From Octopus vulgaris (taxonomy: Eukaryota), in the NCBI GenBank assembly GCA_951406725.2, contig OX597823.1:57350001-57414000 (forward strand): 64,000 nucleotides of DNA, written 5' to 3'. Shown here piece after piece: positions 37,907 to 52,529 of the stretch (within the stretch, counting starts at the first letter, position 1; the number at the start of each line of letters is the position of its first letter). Below the pieces are notes generated by a model that ran no database searches, had not been told where the DNA came from, and saw only the letters and a program-made list of their open reading frames with translations. A program made the position numbers and the translations under genes.

Positions 37907-38686
37907 GGCGGTGAGCTGGCAGAAACGTTAGCACGCCGGGCGAAATGCTTTGTAGTATTTTGTCTGGCGTTATGTTCTGAGTTCAAATTCCGCCGAGGTC
38001 GACTTTGCCTTTCATCATTTCGGGGTCGATTAAATAAGTACCAGTTACGCACTGGGATCGATATAATCGACTTAATTCGTTTGTTTGTCCCCTCTATGTT
38101 TAGCCTCTTGTGGGTAATAAAGAAACAGGTATTTCGTCTGCCGTTACGTTCTGAGTTCAAATTCCGCCAAGGGCGACTTTGCCTTTCATCTTTTCGAGGT
38201 CGATTAAATAAGTACCAGTTACGCACTGGGGTCGATATAATCGACTTAATCCGTTTGTCTGTCCTTGTTTATCCCTTCTGTGTTTAGCCCTTTGTGGGTA
38301 GAAAAGAAATAGGTATTTCGTCTGCCGTTTCGTTCTGAGTTCAAATTCCGCCGAGGTCGACTTTGCCTTTCATCCTTTCGGGGTCGATAAATTAAGTACC
38401 AGTTACGCACTGTGGTCGTTATAATCGACTTAATCCGTTTGTCTGTCCTTGTTTGTCCTCTCTGTGTTTCGCCCCTTGTGGATAGTAAAGAAATAGAAAT
38501 AGGTATTTAATCTGCCGTTACGTTCTGAGTTCAAATTCCGCCGAGGTCTACTTTGCCTTTAGTACTTTCAGGGTCGATAAATTAAGTACCAGTTACGCAC
38601 TGGGGTCGATATAATCGACTTTATCCGTTTGTCTGTCCTTGTTTGTCCTCTCTGTGTTTAGCCCCTTGTGGGTAGTAAAGAAATAA
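37907..38686 (+). mobile_element. Tetrameric SINE family C: one head followed by four ~185-bp bodies
   Basis: Full unit 37907-38128, then headless units starting gtattt at 38129, 38313 and 38503. Confidence 0.92.
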
Positions 38687-38899
38687 GAAACAGTACGAAA
38701 GCAGATGGAACCAAAACCTGTTCTGTTTTCAGAGTTGCTAAAGCATTAATGCAATAAAAGTGCACGTGTTTTAATTGCCTGAATGCTCCAGCCCTTCTTT
38801 ATACATACATACATACATACATACATACATACATACATACATACATACATACATACATACATACATACGTACATACATACATACCTATCTATCTATCTG

Positions 38900-39366
38900 T
38901 ATAAAATGTGTACATTTAAACACAAAAGAGGCGACCTTTAACAGGCAGCCTTACACGATAGCAGGAGCGGTCAAAACGATCAAAACCATATTTAAGAGCA
39001 ACTTCGAACGGAATGAATAATAGAAAAAAAACTTTTAACTTGTTTTTTTTACAGCCATACCTAGGTGTCAAACCTAAATTAGCAAATAAAATAATTTGCT
39101 AGGCGAAGTTCTCATCAGTGGCAACGCCAAAATATTAACATAATTTAGAAACACTGATGAAAACTCCGCCTACCAATTTATTTGCTAATTAGAGTTTGAA
39201 ACCTAGGTATGGCTGTAAAATAACAGGGTAAAAGTTTTTTTTATTTTTCATTCCCTTCGAAATTGCTCTTAAATGGGGCTTTGGTCGTTTTGACTGGTCA
39301 TTCTAGCGTGTAAGGCTGCCTGTTAAAGGTCGCCTCTTTTGTGTTGAAATGTACACTAATTTTATA
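38900..39366. mobile_element. Fold-back of two inverted Penelope-pLTR-like copies, each with a hammerhead motif
   Basis: Arms 38900-39120 and 39152-39366 are reverse complements around a ~30-bp spacer; CTGATGA...GAAA-CCTAGG-TA core. Confidence 0.8.
39152..39213 (+). ncRNA. Type I hammerhead ribozyme-like motif
   Basis: CTGATGA 39154-39160, stem II aaactc/gagttt, GAAA 39198-39201, palindromic stem III acctaggt, GUA site 39207-39209; the antisense copy supplies stem I gcca/tggc. Confidence 0.7.
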
Positions 39367-39474
39367 TGGAGAATATGTTGTCTATTGACATTTTATACAT
39401 GCTGGGCCAGCCATTGGTAGTGAAATTTCTCAAATAATTCGTTAGCCTATATTTAACGTACATATATATATATA

Positions 39475-40250
39475 CACAACATATGTGGGAAATTTTGACT
39501 GTAGGTGTGTTTGTGGAGTTGTTAGCTAACTCCTCCTACATCGTTTTATCGATTTTGATGAAACTTGACACTTGAGTAAAACTTATATCTAGAAACCTCA
39601 TAGCATACTCGGATTGAAAAAAAATCGATAATAGGGCCCCTGGAAAGGGTCACTATATGTATCTAATATATTTCATTTTAGCTGCCAAGGGAAATAACCC
39701 ACTTATTTTCCTAAATCATTTGGTATAAATCAAATTGAGAATGCTTATTTTTTCGTATTTAAACTGTTGTTTTTGCAATTTATCCAGTACAACTCTTAAA
39801 CAAGTAAATAGTATATTCCTAAACAATAGATCCACTTATTTCGGTGAGTGACTAATTCACAAATATACCAACACTAACGCCGCTGAGCGTAATATTCTCT
39901 GGGAATGCACAAAAGCCCTTTTCGGTGTTAATTACTCTGGACTGTTATTATCTCATATCTGATTAGCCTGTTATTACGTAACATACTTCACGATTTTCGC
40001 ATACATAGCTTATTAATATTTCCGCTTGAGTTCTATATACTCTGGGAACGCATCAAAGGCCTTTTCATGGCTACTTTATTTGAATTCTTACTATCGGATA
40101 ACTAATTTCATGTTATTACATGGCTGACTTCACAGTTTGGGTATTCATAACTTAATGGGAATCTTTAAAAACAAGATCCTGAGTAAGACAGTTCGGTGTT
40201 CTCTGCAAATGCACAAAGCCGTTTTAAGGGCTACATACTTTGTATTGTTG
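39475..40250. mobile_element. Helitron/Helentron-like non-autonomous repeat with degenerate ~150-bp subrepeats
   Basis: ctaactcctcc...cgattttgatgaaactt block typical of such elements (from memory); ctctgggaa.gca.aaa.gcc.tttt recurs near 39895, 40040 and 40200. Confidence 0.3.
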
Positions 40251-40404
40251 TTATTGGATTTGCGAAATAATTTCCTGGAAATACTGGGTATTTCTGCTAG
40301 TATATATATATATATAATTGTTCCACGTCCTGCGTTGCTGTGTTTTTTTCTTTTTTTCTCTTTTTTTCTGTGTTTTCTTGTTTGGATTAACTATATATAT
40401 ATAT

Positions 40405-40464
<60 letters not shown>

Positions 40465-40530
40465 GGGAGTAAGCACATAAATGTGAAACAAGGGGCAAAA
40501 AAGAGTACTCAAATACTAGAGGTAGAGTAA

Positions 40531-40667
40531 TATACTTTATTTAAAAGCAGCAGAAATATTACAAATGTTGTTACTCAGAGTTTCACGCTTCCGTTCGTCG
40601 AACTGTTCGACGGAACGTGAAACTCTGAGTAACAGCTTTTGTTATATTTCTGCTGCTTTTAAATGAA

Positions 40668-40672
<5 letters not shown>
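40531..40672. repeat. ~140-bp hairpin made of two inverted degenerate hammerhead-bearing pLTR ends
   Basis: Arms centred on cgtcgaac-t-gttcgacg (apex 40604); (t)cgacga-acg gaag cgt-GAAA-ctc t gag-TA. Confidence 0.75.
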
Positions 40673-40729
<57 letters not shown>

Positions 40730-40845
40730 ATATATATATGTATGTATATATGTATGTATGTATATATATATATACACATGCATACATAAATACATACATA
40801 CATACATATATGTACGTACCTACATGTACATGTATATAACCATGC

Positions 40846-40884
<39 letters not shown>

Positions 40885-40897
40885 AGTACACGACACC

Positions 40898-42250
<1,353 letters not shown>

Positions 42251-42284
42251 TATATTTGTGTGTGTGTGTGTGTATATATTCATT

Positions 42285-42694
42285 TATTTGTTTGTTTCAG
42301 GCATTTGACTGCGGACATAATGGAGCACTGCCTTTAGTCGAACAAATTGACCCCAGAACTTATTCTTTGTAAGCTTAGTACTTATTCCATCGGGCTCTTT
42401 CGCCGAATTTCTAAGTTACGGGGACGTAAGCACATCAACATCGGTTGTCAAGCGAAGGTAGGGGGACAAACACAGACACACAAACATAAACACACAACCT
42501 ACAAACACACACACATAATATATATATATACGACAGGCTTCTTTCAGTTTTCCGTCTACCATTTCCACTCACAAGACTTTGGTTGGCCCGAGGCTACTGT
42601 AGAAGACACTTGCCCAGGGTGCCACGCAGTGAGACTGAACCCGCAGCAATGAGATTGATACGGAAACTACTTACCACACCGCCACTCCTGCTCC
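42285..42694 (-). mobile_element. SINE family B
   Basis: Match to 11603-12010. Confidence 0.85.
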
Positions 42695-42801
42695 TATATA
42701 CATATATGTATTTATGTATAAATATGTACACACAAACATTACTCACGAACCAATATGTGCATATATGTTTGTGCATATGTATATATGATTGTGTACTATG
42801 C

Positions 42802-42843
<42 letters not shown>

Positions 42844-42884
42844 GTGTGTGTGTGTGTATATGTGTGTGTGTATCTATGCCCATA

Positions 42885-43302
42885 TTCTTTTACTTGGTTG
42901 TCTCTGTCATTTGTCTACGGCCATGTTGGAGCACCGCCTTAAAGGGTTTCTTCGTTGAAATAATCGAAACCAGGACTCATTCTTTGTACGCCTTGTACTT
43001 ATTGTATCGGTCACCGAACCGCTAAGTTACGGAGACGTAAGCACACCAACACAGATTGATAGATTGTCAAGCGATGATGGGGAGGAGAATGAACACAGAC
43101 ACAAAAACTCATACGCATAAATATATACATATACATATATACGACGGTCTCCTGTCAGTTTTCGTCTACCAAATCCACTTACAAGGCTTTGGTCGGCCCG
43201 AGGTTATAGCAGACAACACTTACCCGAAATACCACACAGTCAGACTGAACGCGGATCCAATGTAGTTGGAAAGGAAACTTCTTACCACACAGCCACGCCT
43301 GC
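42885..43302 (-). mobile_element. SINE family B
   Basis: Match to 11603-12010. Confidence 0.85.
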
Positions 43303-43308
43303 ATATAC

Positions 43309-43383
<75 letters not shown>

Positions 43384-43646
43384 ATATAAATAACATTTGA
43401 ATATATGCATATATACATACATGTATGTACATAGCTACATATATTTGTATATATACCTGCATATATAGGTACACGACATAAAAAAAAACGTTAAACACAA
43501 TGAGAGAAGAAAACATAAAAACGAAAACATAGAAAACGAACCTTTTTTCGAACAACGAAAAAAAACCAGAGAAACGAGACACGCAACATAAAGAATATTC
43601 CCCTTCATCAGTTGTCCCTATGTATGTATATATATATACACATACG

Positions 43647-43713
<67 letters not shown>

Positions 43714-43723
43714 TGTATATGTA

Positions 43724-43804
<81 letters not shown>

Positions 43805-45275
43805 GCCAATGAATAACACGTATATGTACCTATACTCATACGCATACACACTTTTATATAATCTATGCATTTCATACACTTAACTAACTTCGACGAATAC
43901 TACAGAATGGGGTTTAATTTGTTCTGAATTGGTTTATTATTTTATTTTATGATGCATATATATTATATTTCACAGGTAGATGCCAACGAGAATTGTTATC
44001 CTTATGTTTTTTCCCCTTTTGTTAAGAGTTTTAAGAGTATTAGTGTCTTTGCCTTAGTTGTTGCTACTCCAGATTGAAACCGTGTCTCTTAACTTTACAT
44101 GATAAGCCGAGCACTTCAAATATTCGCTCAACAGAACACATTATACCGTCTTAGGGATATTTAGTAATATTTTTATGTTTCTGAGTTCAAATACCCCCTC
44201 TCGTTTGCTCCTATGTCGATAAAATATCTACCTATCACGTAATAATAGATGATTCAATCTATTATGCCCCTCTTATATAAAGTTTGACCTTGTATCAATG
44301 TATAAAATAAATTTATATATTTCGTACTCAGAGACAGAGCGATATGTTTGTAAAGAAAGACAAAGACGGCGCCGTTGGAAAGCTATACACTACGTTTGAC
44401 GGCTTTACTGTTCTCTCTAGTGTATTATTGGTGCAAGTGGATTGAACTAGCTTCAACTGAGAAGCATACCGTTTGAACTGCGATATTCTCCGCGATTAAT
44501 GCAGATGATTAAAAATGTGCAATCGCTTTGAATGGCAGGAAAATAAAATCCAATAAACAAAACAAAACGAAACAATTACAGTTTTATTGGAACAAAGGTT
44601 TACACACTGCAGTATATTTTGTACCCTATATCCCGGCTATTCATTAATTATTTGACATAATGTACTCCACCTTCAAAACATTAGATATCTTTGCAAATGA
44701 AGTGAATTGGAAATCATCGATATACACGTTGTAACGAACACCAAAGCTGAAAGTCAATAACAATAATAATAATAATAATAATAATGATAATAGCACTAAG
44801 AAAAATCTATAAAAGTATCAGAGTAAATGTATATTGAGATCTACAGCTTCTCAGTGGAATTAATATTTTATCAGTCTAAGCATGAACTATCAAGTGTAGA
44901 AGAGTTAATCAAGTACAAATACGTTCGTTACCTGATGAGTCTTCTTGGATTTTTCCCCGTTTCTGCTTTACGTTGACTTATTAATTTTATAGAGCATTTG
45001 GTAAACAATAGCGTTGACGGGGCTACAAGTTTACAACGAATCTATCACCGGTTCATTGCATTTCTGACGATGAGAGTGACAAGCGATTGCCTGGCCAACA
45101 TGGTGGAACAAGTGAAAGTCAAAATATTTTTATGTGAAAGCACTAGTTGTTCGGCTTTCACATCGTTGTTTACGTCTTATGGTAATATAAATCCTGCGCG
45201 CGAGCGCGTTTATTCATGCCATATGTAATAGAAGCAGTACTAGATTAAAATAGCCATTTGCATATCACACTTAAA

Positions 45276-45443
<168 letters not shown>

Positions 45444-45638
45444 GTTGCTTAACCACATACCGAAAATTTAGAAATAGCAGCCAAAGACCATTTATTCATA
45501 TTTACTACAGATCTAGCTCCACATATAACATTACTTGTAACTCACATAGGCAAAAGAAGGAAAATAACGAAATCAAACAGTCCTCGGTCAGTTCCCATCA
45601 TCAGCACAACAATCCAATAAATTATAGATTTGCAAATG

Positions 45639-45690
<52 letters not shown>

Positions 45691-46172
45691 ACAATAATTC
45701 TAGGATGAAATTTATAAATATTTAATACATCGCTATGCGCGTTTCCATAAATCACATGACTTTAACAGTCATTTATAAATTCCATGCTAGGTTTATTGTT
45801 AATATTATATTTATCCCCCATTACATCGGCATAACCATGATGTAACCCCGAAAAACTGACTCACTAGTCAGTATCAAAAGACGCTAGCCGGCATAATGAA
45901 ATAGGATCTTTATTTGAATACCCCTAACTTTACCATAAACGAATTTAAAAGATACGACCGCTGTCAGATGACTGAAACAAGTAAAAGAATAAAAGAATAA
46001 AAGAATATGTTATATATATATATATATATATCACAGACGTGCTTCGTTTAAAAACAAAACATATCTGAGGCAGATTATAAAATGAAGTTACAGTCAACTA
46101 CTGGGGTGGGATTAATCCACTGACACACTGGCTCTAAATTTCAGAACCCCTTTTACCTATATTAAAAACAAT

Positions 46173-46770
46173 TCTTCTTCTTCTTCTTCTTCTTCTTCTT
46201 CTTCTTCTTCTTCTTCTTCTTCTTCTTCTTCTTCTTCTTCTTCTTCTTCTTCTTCTTCTTCTTCTTCTTCTTCTTCTTCTTCTTCTTCTTCTTCTTCTCC
46301 ATCCATCTTCTCCACTCTCTATCTCTAGGTAAGTAGTAGGGGTTAGAACCTTCAAGCATCTTTTCCATGGGTTCTTTTCAGAATCAACCCTCATTACACT
46401 TTCCGGCTGCATCCCAAATTCTGACTAAACGAGACTATGGACCATTTCAATTTTTGTCTCCTCCCGTTGGCTCGGCTAGAAAAATTTGGCTTGCGATTCT
46501 TTACTGCAACATTCTAAACGCATGCCCGTAGTACCGGAGCTGTGACCTCTCAATAAGGAGAAGCAGTGACTTGACCGGGAGAGACTCTCTGATTTTCGAA
46601 CTACTTTCCTTGCCGAGTAACGTTCCTTCCCGCAGACCCTCGGAGAAATATTTCTCTTTCGGTCATTATCCAACATTCGTGACCGTAGGTGAGGATAGAC
46701 ATTAAAAACCGAATTGAAGACAGCGAGATTAGCGTTTTTTTTTTTTACCAACCTGTCCTTTTTTACCAAT
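46173..46770 (-). pseudogene. RTE-clade LINE 3' fragment followed by a (GAA)n tract
   Basis: Minus strand LAVFNSVF, LTYGHECWIMT, IERSQLRYYGH; (TTC)n at 46173-46297. Confidence 0.75.
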
Positions 46771-46772
46771 CG

Positions 46773-47103
46773 CGGTCGATAAAGTAAATGTCAGTTGAGT
46801 ACTGAGCAGGATGAAATCGACTTACCCCACCTCCGAAATTAAATGCTTAAATACATTTCGTCCGTATTTATATTCTAAGTTCAAATTCCGCCGAGGTTGA
46901 CTTTACCTTCCATCCTTTCCGAGGTCGACTTTACCTTCCATCCTTTCCGAGGTCGACTTTACCTTCCATCCTTTCCGAGGTCGACTTTACCTTCCATCCT
47001 TTCCGAGGTCGATATAATTAGGGAGCGGTGGAGTACTGGAGTCGATGAAGTCGATTTACCTCTCCCCAAAATTGTTGGCCATGTGCTAAAATTTGAAACC
47101 AAT
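46773..47103 (+). mobile_element. SINE family C relics with an internal 28-bp x4 tandem amplification (46892-47013)
   Basis: cgaggtcgactttaccttccatcctttc repeated four times. Confidence 0.85.
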
Positions 47104-47960
47104 TAAGTACTGGGTCGGGGGCGATTTCATCGACTAAGCAATTCGAGTCTTATGATTGCAGTCTGATGATTGAGACAAGTGAAAGATAAGTGATAAAAGA
47201 CCAGGGATAAGCGGTGATGCTTGAAATATTGAATAGGCCCGGTTCATCGGTTTCATTAATCAAACAAGGTAAGCAAGGTACCCGTAAAGCCTTTTCGATG
47301 TTGTTCTTTTTATTGGTTCTTCGACTGTGCTATCGCTGTTTGTGATTGTGATATTGGGCGTATTTTGAAAAAAAAATGTTTTCCTAAACGAATGCGATCA
47401 AAAGTACAACCAGTTATTTAAGAGGGTTGAAAAGTTAATATTGAAAATGGTAGTCATAAAAATGCAGTGATTAAACCCCTCACAACAAGCTGTACACGTC
47501 GATTAATGTACACATATATGAATGTGTGAATGCAATACATGTACATATGTATGTATATATGTATGTTGATATGTATATATGTATATATGCGTGCCTGTAT
47601 ATGTTTTTATTATAAATATATGTATGTGCCTATGTATGTTCTTTTATGTATATATGTGTGTATATGATTGTACGCATGTATGTATATATTTACCATCTGC
47701 TCGAGAGATGTCTATATGTCAGGGAAACTGTCGCAAACCCATAATTTAGAATCCATTGACAATTCACATTGGAATATAAAAAGCAGGAAAATGTACTTGC
47801 TAAACAATCTTAATGTAGAATGTCTAGTTTATGATGGAAACTCACTATTTACAGTTTCGCGAAGAAACCAATATATATTTAATAGGATGTATGGTAAAAA
47901 TCAGTAATAATAATAATTACGATATGACTAAAATGAAAAAAAAACACCACCAACAACAAA

Positions 47961-47961
<1 letters not shown>

Positions 47962-48058
<97 letters not shown>
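47962..48058. repeat. (TAC)n microsatellite
   Basis: Direct reading. Confidence 0.95.
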
Positions 48059-48250
48059 CACAATAATAGATGGAGAATGAAAACAAAATAGCGATGAGGA
48101 AATGTCGGTGTAAAATGATGATGCATAAAAGTATATTAGAGTGAAATTGGATAAAAGCAAGATGTTTCATGAAGGGAGACATACAAGTAAGTCACACGAA
48201 TATACATACATGCATGCACACACGAGCGCACACACATACATTACTTATAT

Positions 48251-48639
48251 ATGTTGTTGACGTCATAAGAAATTAGAAAATTCAAGAATCCGAAAGAAAT
48301 CTTTTTTTAGAACGATGAATATTGAAGCAGATAAAACTATAAATGACGAGACATAAATATTGTGTTAAAATCCCCGTTAGACAGAAAAATCGAAGGTTTC
48401 TCATGGGACTTGAAACCGTAACTTTTGCTTTGGTCCAATGTTAGAACGTCTGTCATGCTTACGCTAGACGGGAGTTTAGAATTCCATAAGTAGTCTTTGA
48501 CTTTTTCTATCCAAACGATTTTTCAGCTCAGTATTCACACGCTCTTATCCATAGCTTTGTCTACTTCGAGATTCAGCATCTCAAACAAAGAATCAGTTCA
48601 TGTTCTGAAGTTATTCAATACCTACAACGTAAGCAACAT
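48251..48639. mobile_element. Degenerate MITE with long imperfect TIRs
   Basis: atgttgttgacgt... versus ...acgtaagcaacat; related copy at 168-420. Confidence 0.5.
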
Positions 48640-48951
48640 GCAAAATCTCGTAGGAAAGATTAGAAATTCTAAAATCATTAAAATAATACGAAGGTTGCTT
48701 TGGGCCAATGCAAGAACACCTATCATGTTCATAATATACATACACCATGCACACACATACAAACACGTACACACGTACAACACACATATGTAGTTTCTTG
48801 TACTGGAATCTCGGGTCTAGGCTGGTGTCTTTCAACATGCCTTGTGTCTCCAAAGAATTTTCAGCTTGAAGTTTGTTTGGAGACACAAGTGTGTTATAAA
48901 AACCCCGCAGACCCGCATCTCGATTCGCTCGTATTCTTATACAGCATACAT

Positions 48952-48997
<46 letters not shown>

Positions 48998-49245
48998 ACA
49001 ACATTATCTATGTCGAAACTATGCATAGTCCAAAGATGATAAGGGTAAATGTTTTTATTTTCCTTTGGTTTCTGAATTACAACTATTTAGTTGTTTGAGT
49101 TTAGCTGCTCTTTCTAGTGGGTCGAATGGCCTATCAAGGCCATTCCTTAATATTGTTGAATGTATATTATATAGTCTGTTGACTATTTTTTCTTTCTCAC
49201 TGGACCGCTGTTGAATTTTTTGCTACCCTGATATTGATTAATATA

Positions 49246-49310
<65 letters not shown>

Positions 49311-49821
49311 GGCATATTTATGGTGATATGTTAGGTAGTTTTTAGACATTAGCATCTTCTAGCAGAAGATTTTTCCAACACACCAAGAACTACGCCTTCA
49401 CAACAAGATCAAGATTCTGTAAGCTATGTTTTAGATTTCTGGGAAAAGTTACAAATTATGCTCTTCGCCCAAGAGAAACTCAGAAAGACAGAGATGATGA
49501 TGGTAGTGAACGACGAAGTAATGGTAGGCGTCAGCATAACCAAAGAGATAGACCTCAGTTTTATGATATAGAAAGGCTATTATTGCAATTTAGTCCTTTG
49601 AAAATAGAAATGCCGAAGGCTGGAATGTTAAACATACTTCCTCTTTAAGCTAGCTCCGCGTACTATCCATGGGGTGCCGGTGGATTAGATTCTGTTATAA
49701 GCAAGTTGATGAATCAAATTGATGGAACAGGTATCCCACAGCTGACAAAGGCAAAATAGATGCTCTTGCTCTGACTGAGATAAACAAAGAACAAGGTGAC
49801 AAAAACCTCCAATGGCTAATC

Positions 49822-51020
49822 TCTATATTATAATTCTGAAATGCGCAAAGTTTGTCTGGTTTTGGCATTTGAACGGGTTAAAGGCCACTAGATCCCGTCG
49901 GATTGACTCCAAAATTTACAGGGACATGTAAAATGAGGTGAGGATGCGAGTGGGCTAGGTTAGAAATCCCTATCTTAAAAGGTGTGGTTACTAGGACAAA
50001 AAATGCACATTTTGACAAGTCTACTCTCATTCTATTAATCTGCCTGTCTTCCTCCATCTCTCTCTCTCTTCCTTTCACTTTCTCTCTATAACGTCGTTTG
50101 ATAACATCTATCTTTCCTCCACCGCCTTCAATATCTTTACGTTTTTAAAACCCTTCGTCGTTATTCTCATTCACTCATTATTACTTTCTCTCCCCCCCCT
50201 CTCTCTCTCTCTATATATAGAGAAAGATCCTCATGATTGTGTGGTGGTAGTGGTGGCGATGATAATTCTCTCTATGAATGCGGACAGACGTAGAGAGAGA
50301 GAGAGAGAGTGACAGCGCTGGCGAAGGTGGCGGAGGAAAGATAGTAGACGCTATCAAACGACGTTATAGAGAGAAAGTGAAAGGAAGGGAGAAAGTGATA
50401 ATGAGTGAATGAGAATAACGACGAAGGGTTTAAAAAACGTAAAAAATATTTTCTTTCTCAACTTAATCAAGATCTTTTGTTGTTTATAAATGGGAGAGAG
50501 ATAGATAGAGAAATATAGAAAGTAAGAGAAAGCGAGGGAAAGTCCGAGAGAAATGAAGAGTAAGAGAGTGTGAAAGTGAGGGAGAAAGGAGAGAGAGAAA
50601 CAAAGAGGGAGAATGTGGCGATAAGAAACAGAAAGGAAGCAACAGAAAGTAACAACCACAACCTCACCCGTGCGTAGGGACATGTAAAAAGAGGCAAGGA
50701 TGTGAGTGGGCTAGGTTAGAAATCCCTGTCCCAAAAGCTGTGGTTACTAAGGCAAAAAATCTCACAATTTGACAAGTGTTTGTCGTTTCTCTCTTTTTCA
50801 TATCTGCTTGTCTTCCCCCGTCTCTCTCTCTTTCCTCCCTTACCTCCAATTTCTCTCTATAACGACGTTCGACAGCTTCGCCGTCTCTCTGTCACTCTTT
50901 CTTCCACCACTTCTCTCACTGTACGTCTGTCTGTATCTATAGAGAGAAAGTTTTGACAGCCGCAACAGTTTAAATATTCCTGCCACAGATCTTTTAGAAC
51001 GGTGAATTATTTTCGCCTAC
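49822..51020. mobile_element. Helitron-like non-autonomous repeat with internal direct and inverted subrepeats; related piece at 52202-52530
   Basis: Begins tctatattataa; 49920-50100 recurs at 50677-50875; 50068-50190 is inverted at 50323-50443; 50485-50550 matches 52465-52528. Confidence 0.5.
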
Positions 51021-51169
51021 CACCAGCGCACAATCATAACAGATATTATTAATCAGATATATTGTGTTAATTTGTATATATGTGTGTATATATAAATATA
51101 TATATATAATGTGTATACATATATATATGTGTATATATAAAGTGTATATATTTATATATATGTGTGTAG

Positions 51170-51212
<43 letters not shown>

Positions 51213-51248
51213 CATGCATATATAATGCGTATATATGTACATATTTAA

Positions 51249-51296
<48 letters not shown>

Positions 51297-51490
51297 ATGT
51301 TTGCATATGTGGTCGGATTTAGGTGAAAATATGCACACCTATGTTAAAAGTGCTAGCGAGTTTTCATGGCAACTTTGAGTTTGCTCATTTGAAAGACATC
51401 GCCTCTAGGGCAAAATTTCTCATCATTTAAAATGTGGCCTGCGTAGACTTGAATGAAATCGGGTCATAATACCGAAACAAGTAAAACAAT

Positions 51491-52189
51491 TAGAAATATT
51501 GAATTTCTAAATGTCTCAAAGAGACATGAGCGGTGGTGGAGCGATAGAGTGGTTGTGTAAAGTCAACATAACGTGACAGTCCCGTAGAGGGAATTACACC
51601 ACCGCTATATAGCCCTAGGAGGCATCGACGCTTCCTGTCGGCTTTGACATATGTCCTGTGTCCTTATATTTGCAAAGGGGAGGCAAGGACCCCCACCAGC
51701 TAGGACTAGCAACCTGAAGACATGCCCGTCATCAGTCCAAGGACATAGTAAATGTGTCAAAGCCGACAGGAAGCGTCGATGCTTCCTAGGGCTAAACAGC
51801 GGTGGTGTAATTCCCTCTACAGGACTGTAACGTTATGTTGACTTTATACAACCATTCTATCGTTTCACCACAGCTCATGTCTCTTTGAGACATTTAGAAA
51901 TTCAATATTTCTAATTACGGTAACCAATGAATAGATTTCACTGTAAATAGATATATTTGCGAAGGCTTGGCAAGTATCACCGCTAGCGGGGACTCTCTAC
52001 CCTGGACTGATGACGGGCAAGACCCAGAAACATGCATGTCTTCACATTGCTAGTCCTAGCTGATGGGGGTGCTTGCCTCTCCTTTGCAAATATAAGGACA
52101 CAGGAAATGTGTCATAGCCGACAGGAAGCGTCGATGCTTCCTAGGGCTATATAGGGGTGGTGTAATTCCCTCTACGGGAGTGTCACGTT
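51491..52189 (+). mobile_element. Non-coding Penelope-like insertion: inverted pLTR plus two direct pLTR pieces, hammerhead motif, 12-bp TSD
   Basis: 51488-51650 is the reverse complement of 51752-51916; 52002-52189 is the reverse complement of ~51569-51740; aagtaaaacaat at 51479-51490 and 52190-52201. Confidence 0.8.
52001..52045 (+). ncRNA. Hammerhead ribozyme-like motif
   Basis: cctgga-CTGATGA-c ggg caaga ccc a-GAAA-catgcatg-TC-ttca; palindromic stem III; the inverted copy gives the stem I partner ttcagg. Confidence 0.65.
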
Positions 52190-52529
52190 AAGTAAAACAA
52201 TCTAATCTATAAAATGAAGAAGGCGAACGTTGATACAAATTGGGTTTTTATGTAAAATTTACAGCAGGGGTGAACTTGAGGTGAGAAATTGATTGGGAGA
52301 CATTCTGGGGCTCGCAGTGGCTGCTTTGGAGTGAAAACGGGGATTTTATTGATGTTTGGGGACACTTCGGGGTCTAGATTGGAGACCTTTTGCCCGATTT
52401 CAATCAAATTTTCAACATGGTAAAGTGGAAGCGGATTTGTAATTTAAGCGCGGCAATCTAATTTTTTATAAATGGGAGAGAGATAGAGAAAATAGGGAGT
52501 AAGAGAAAGCGAGGAAGTGTCCGAGAGAA

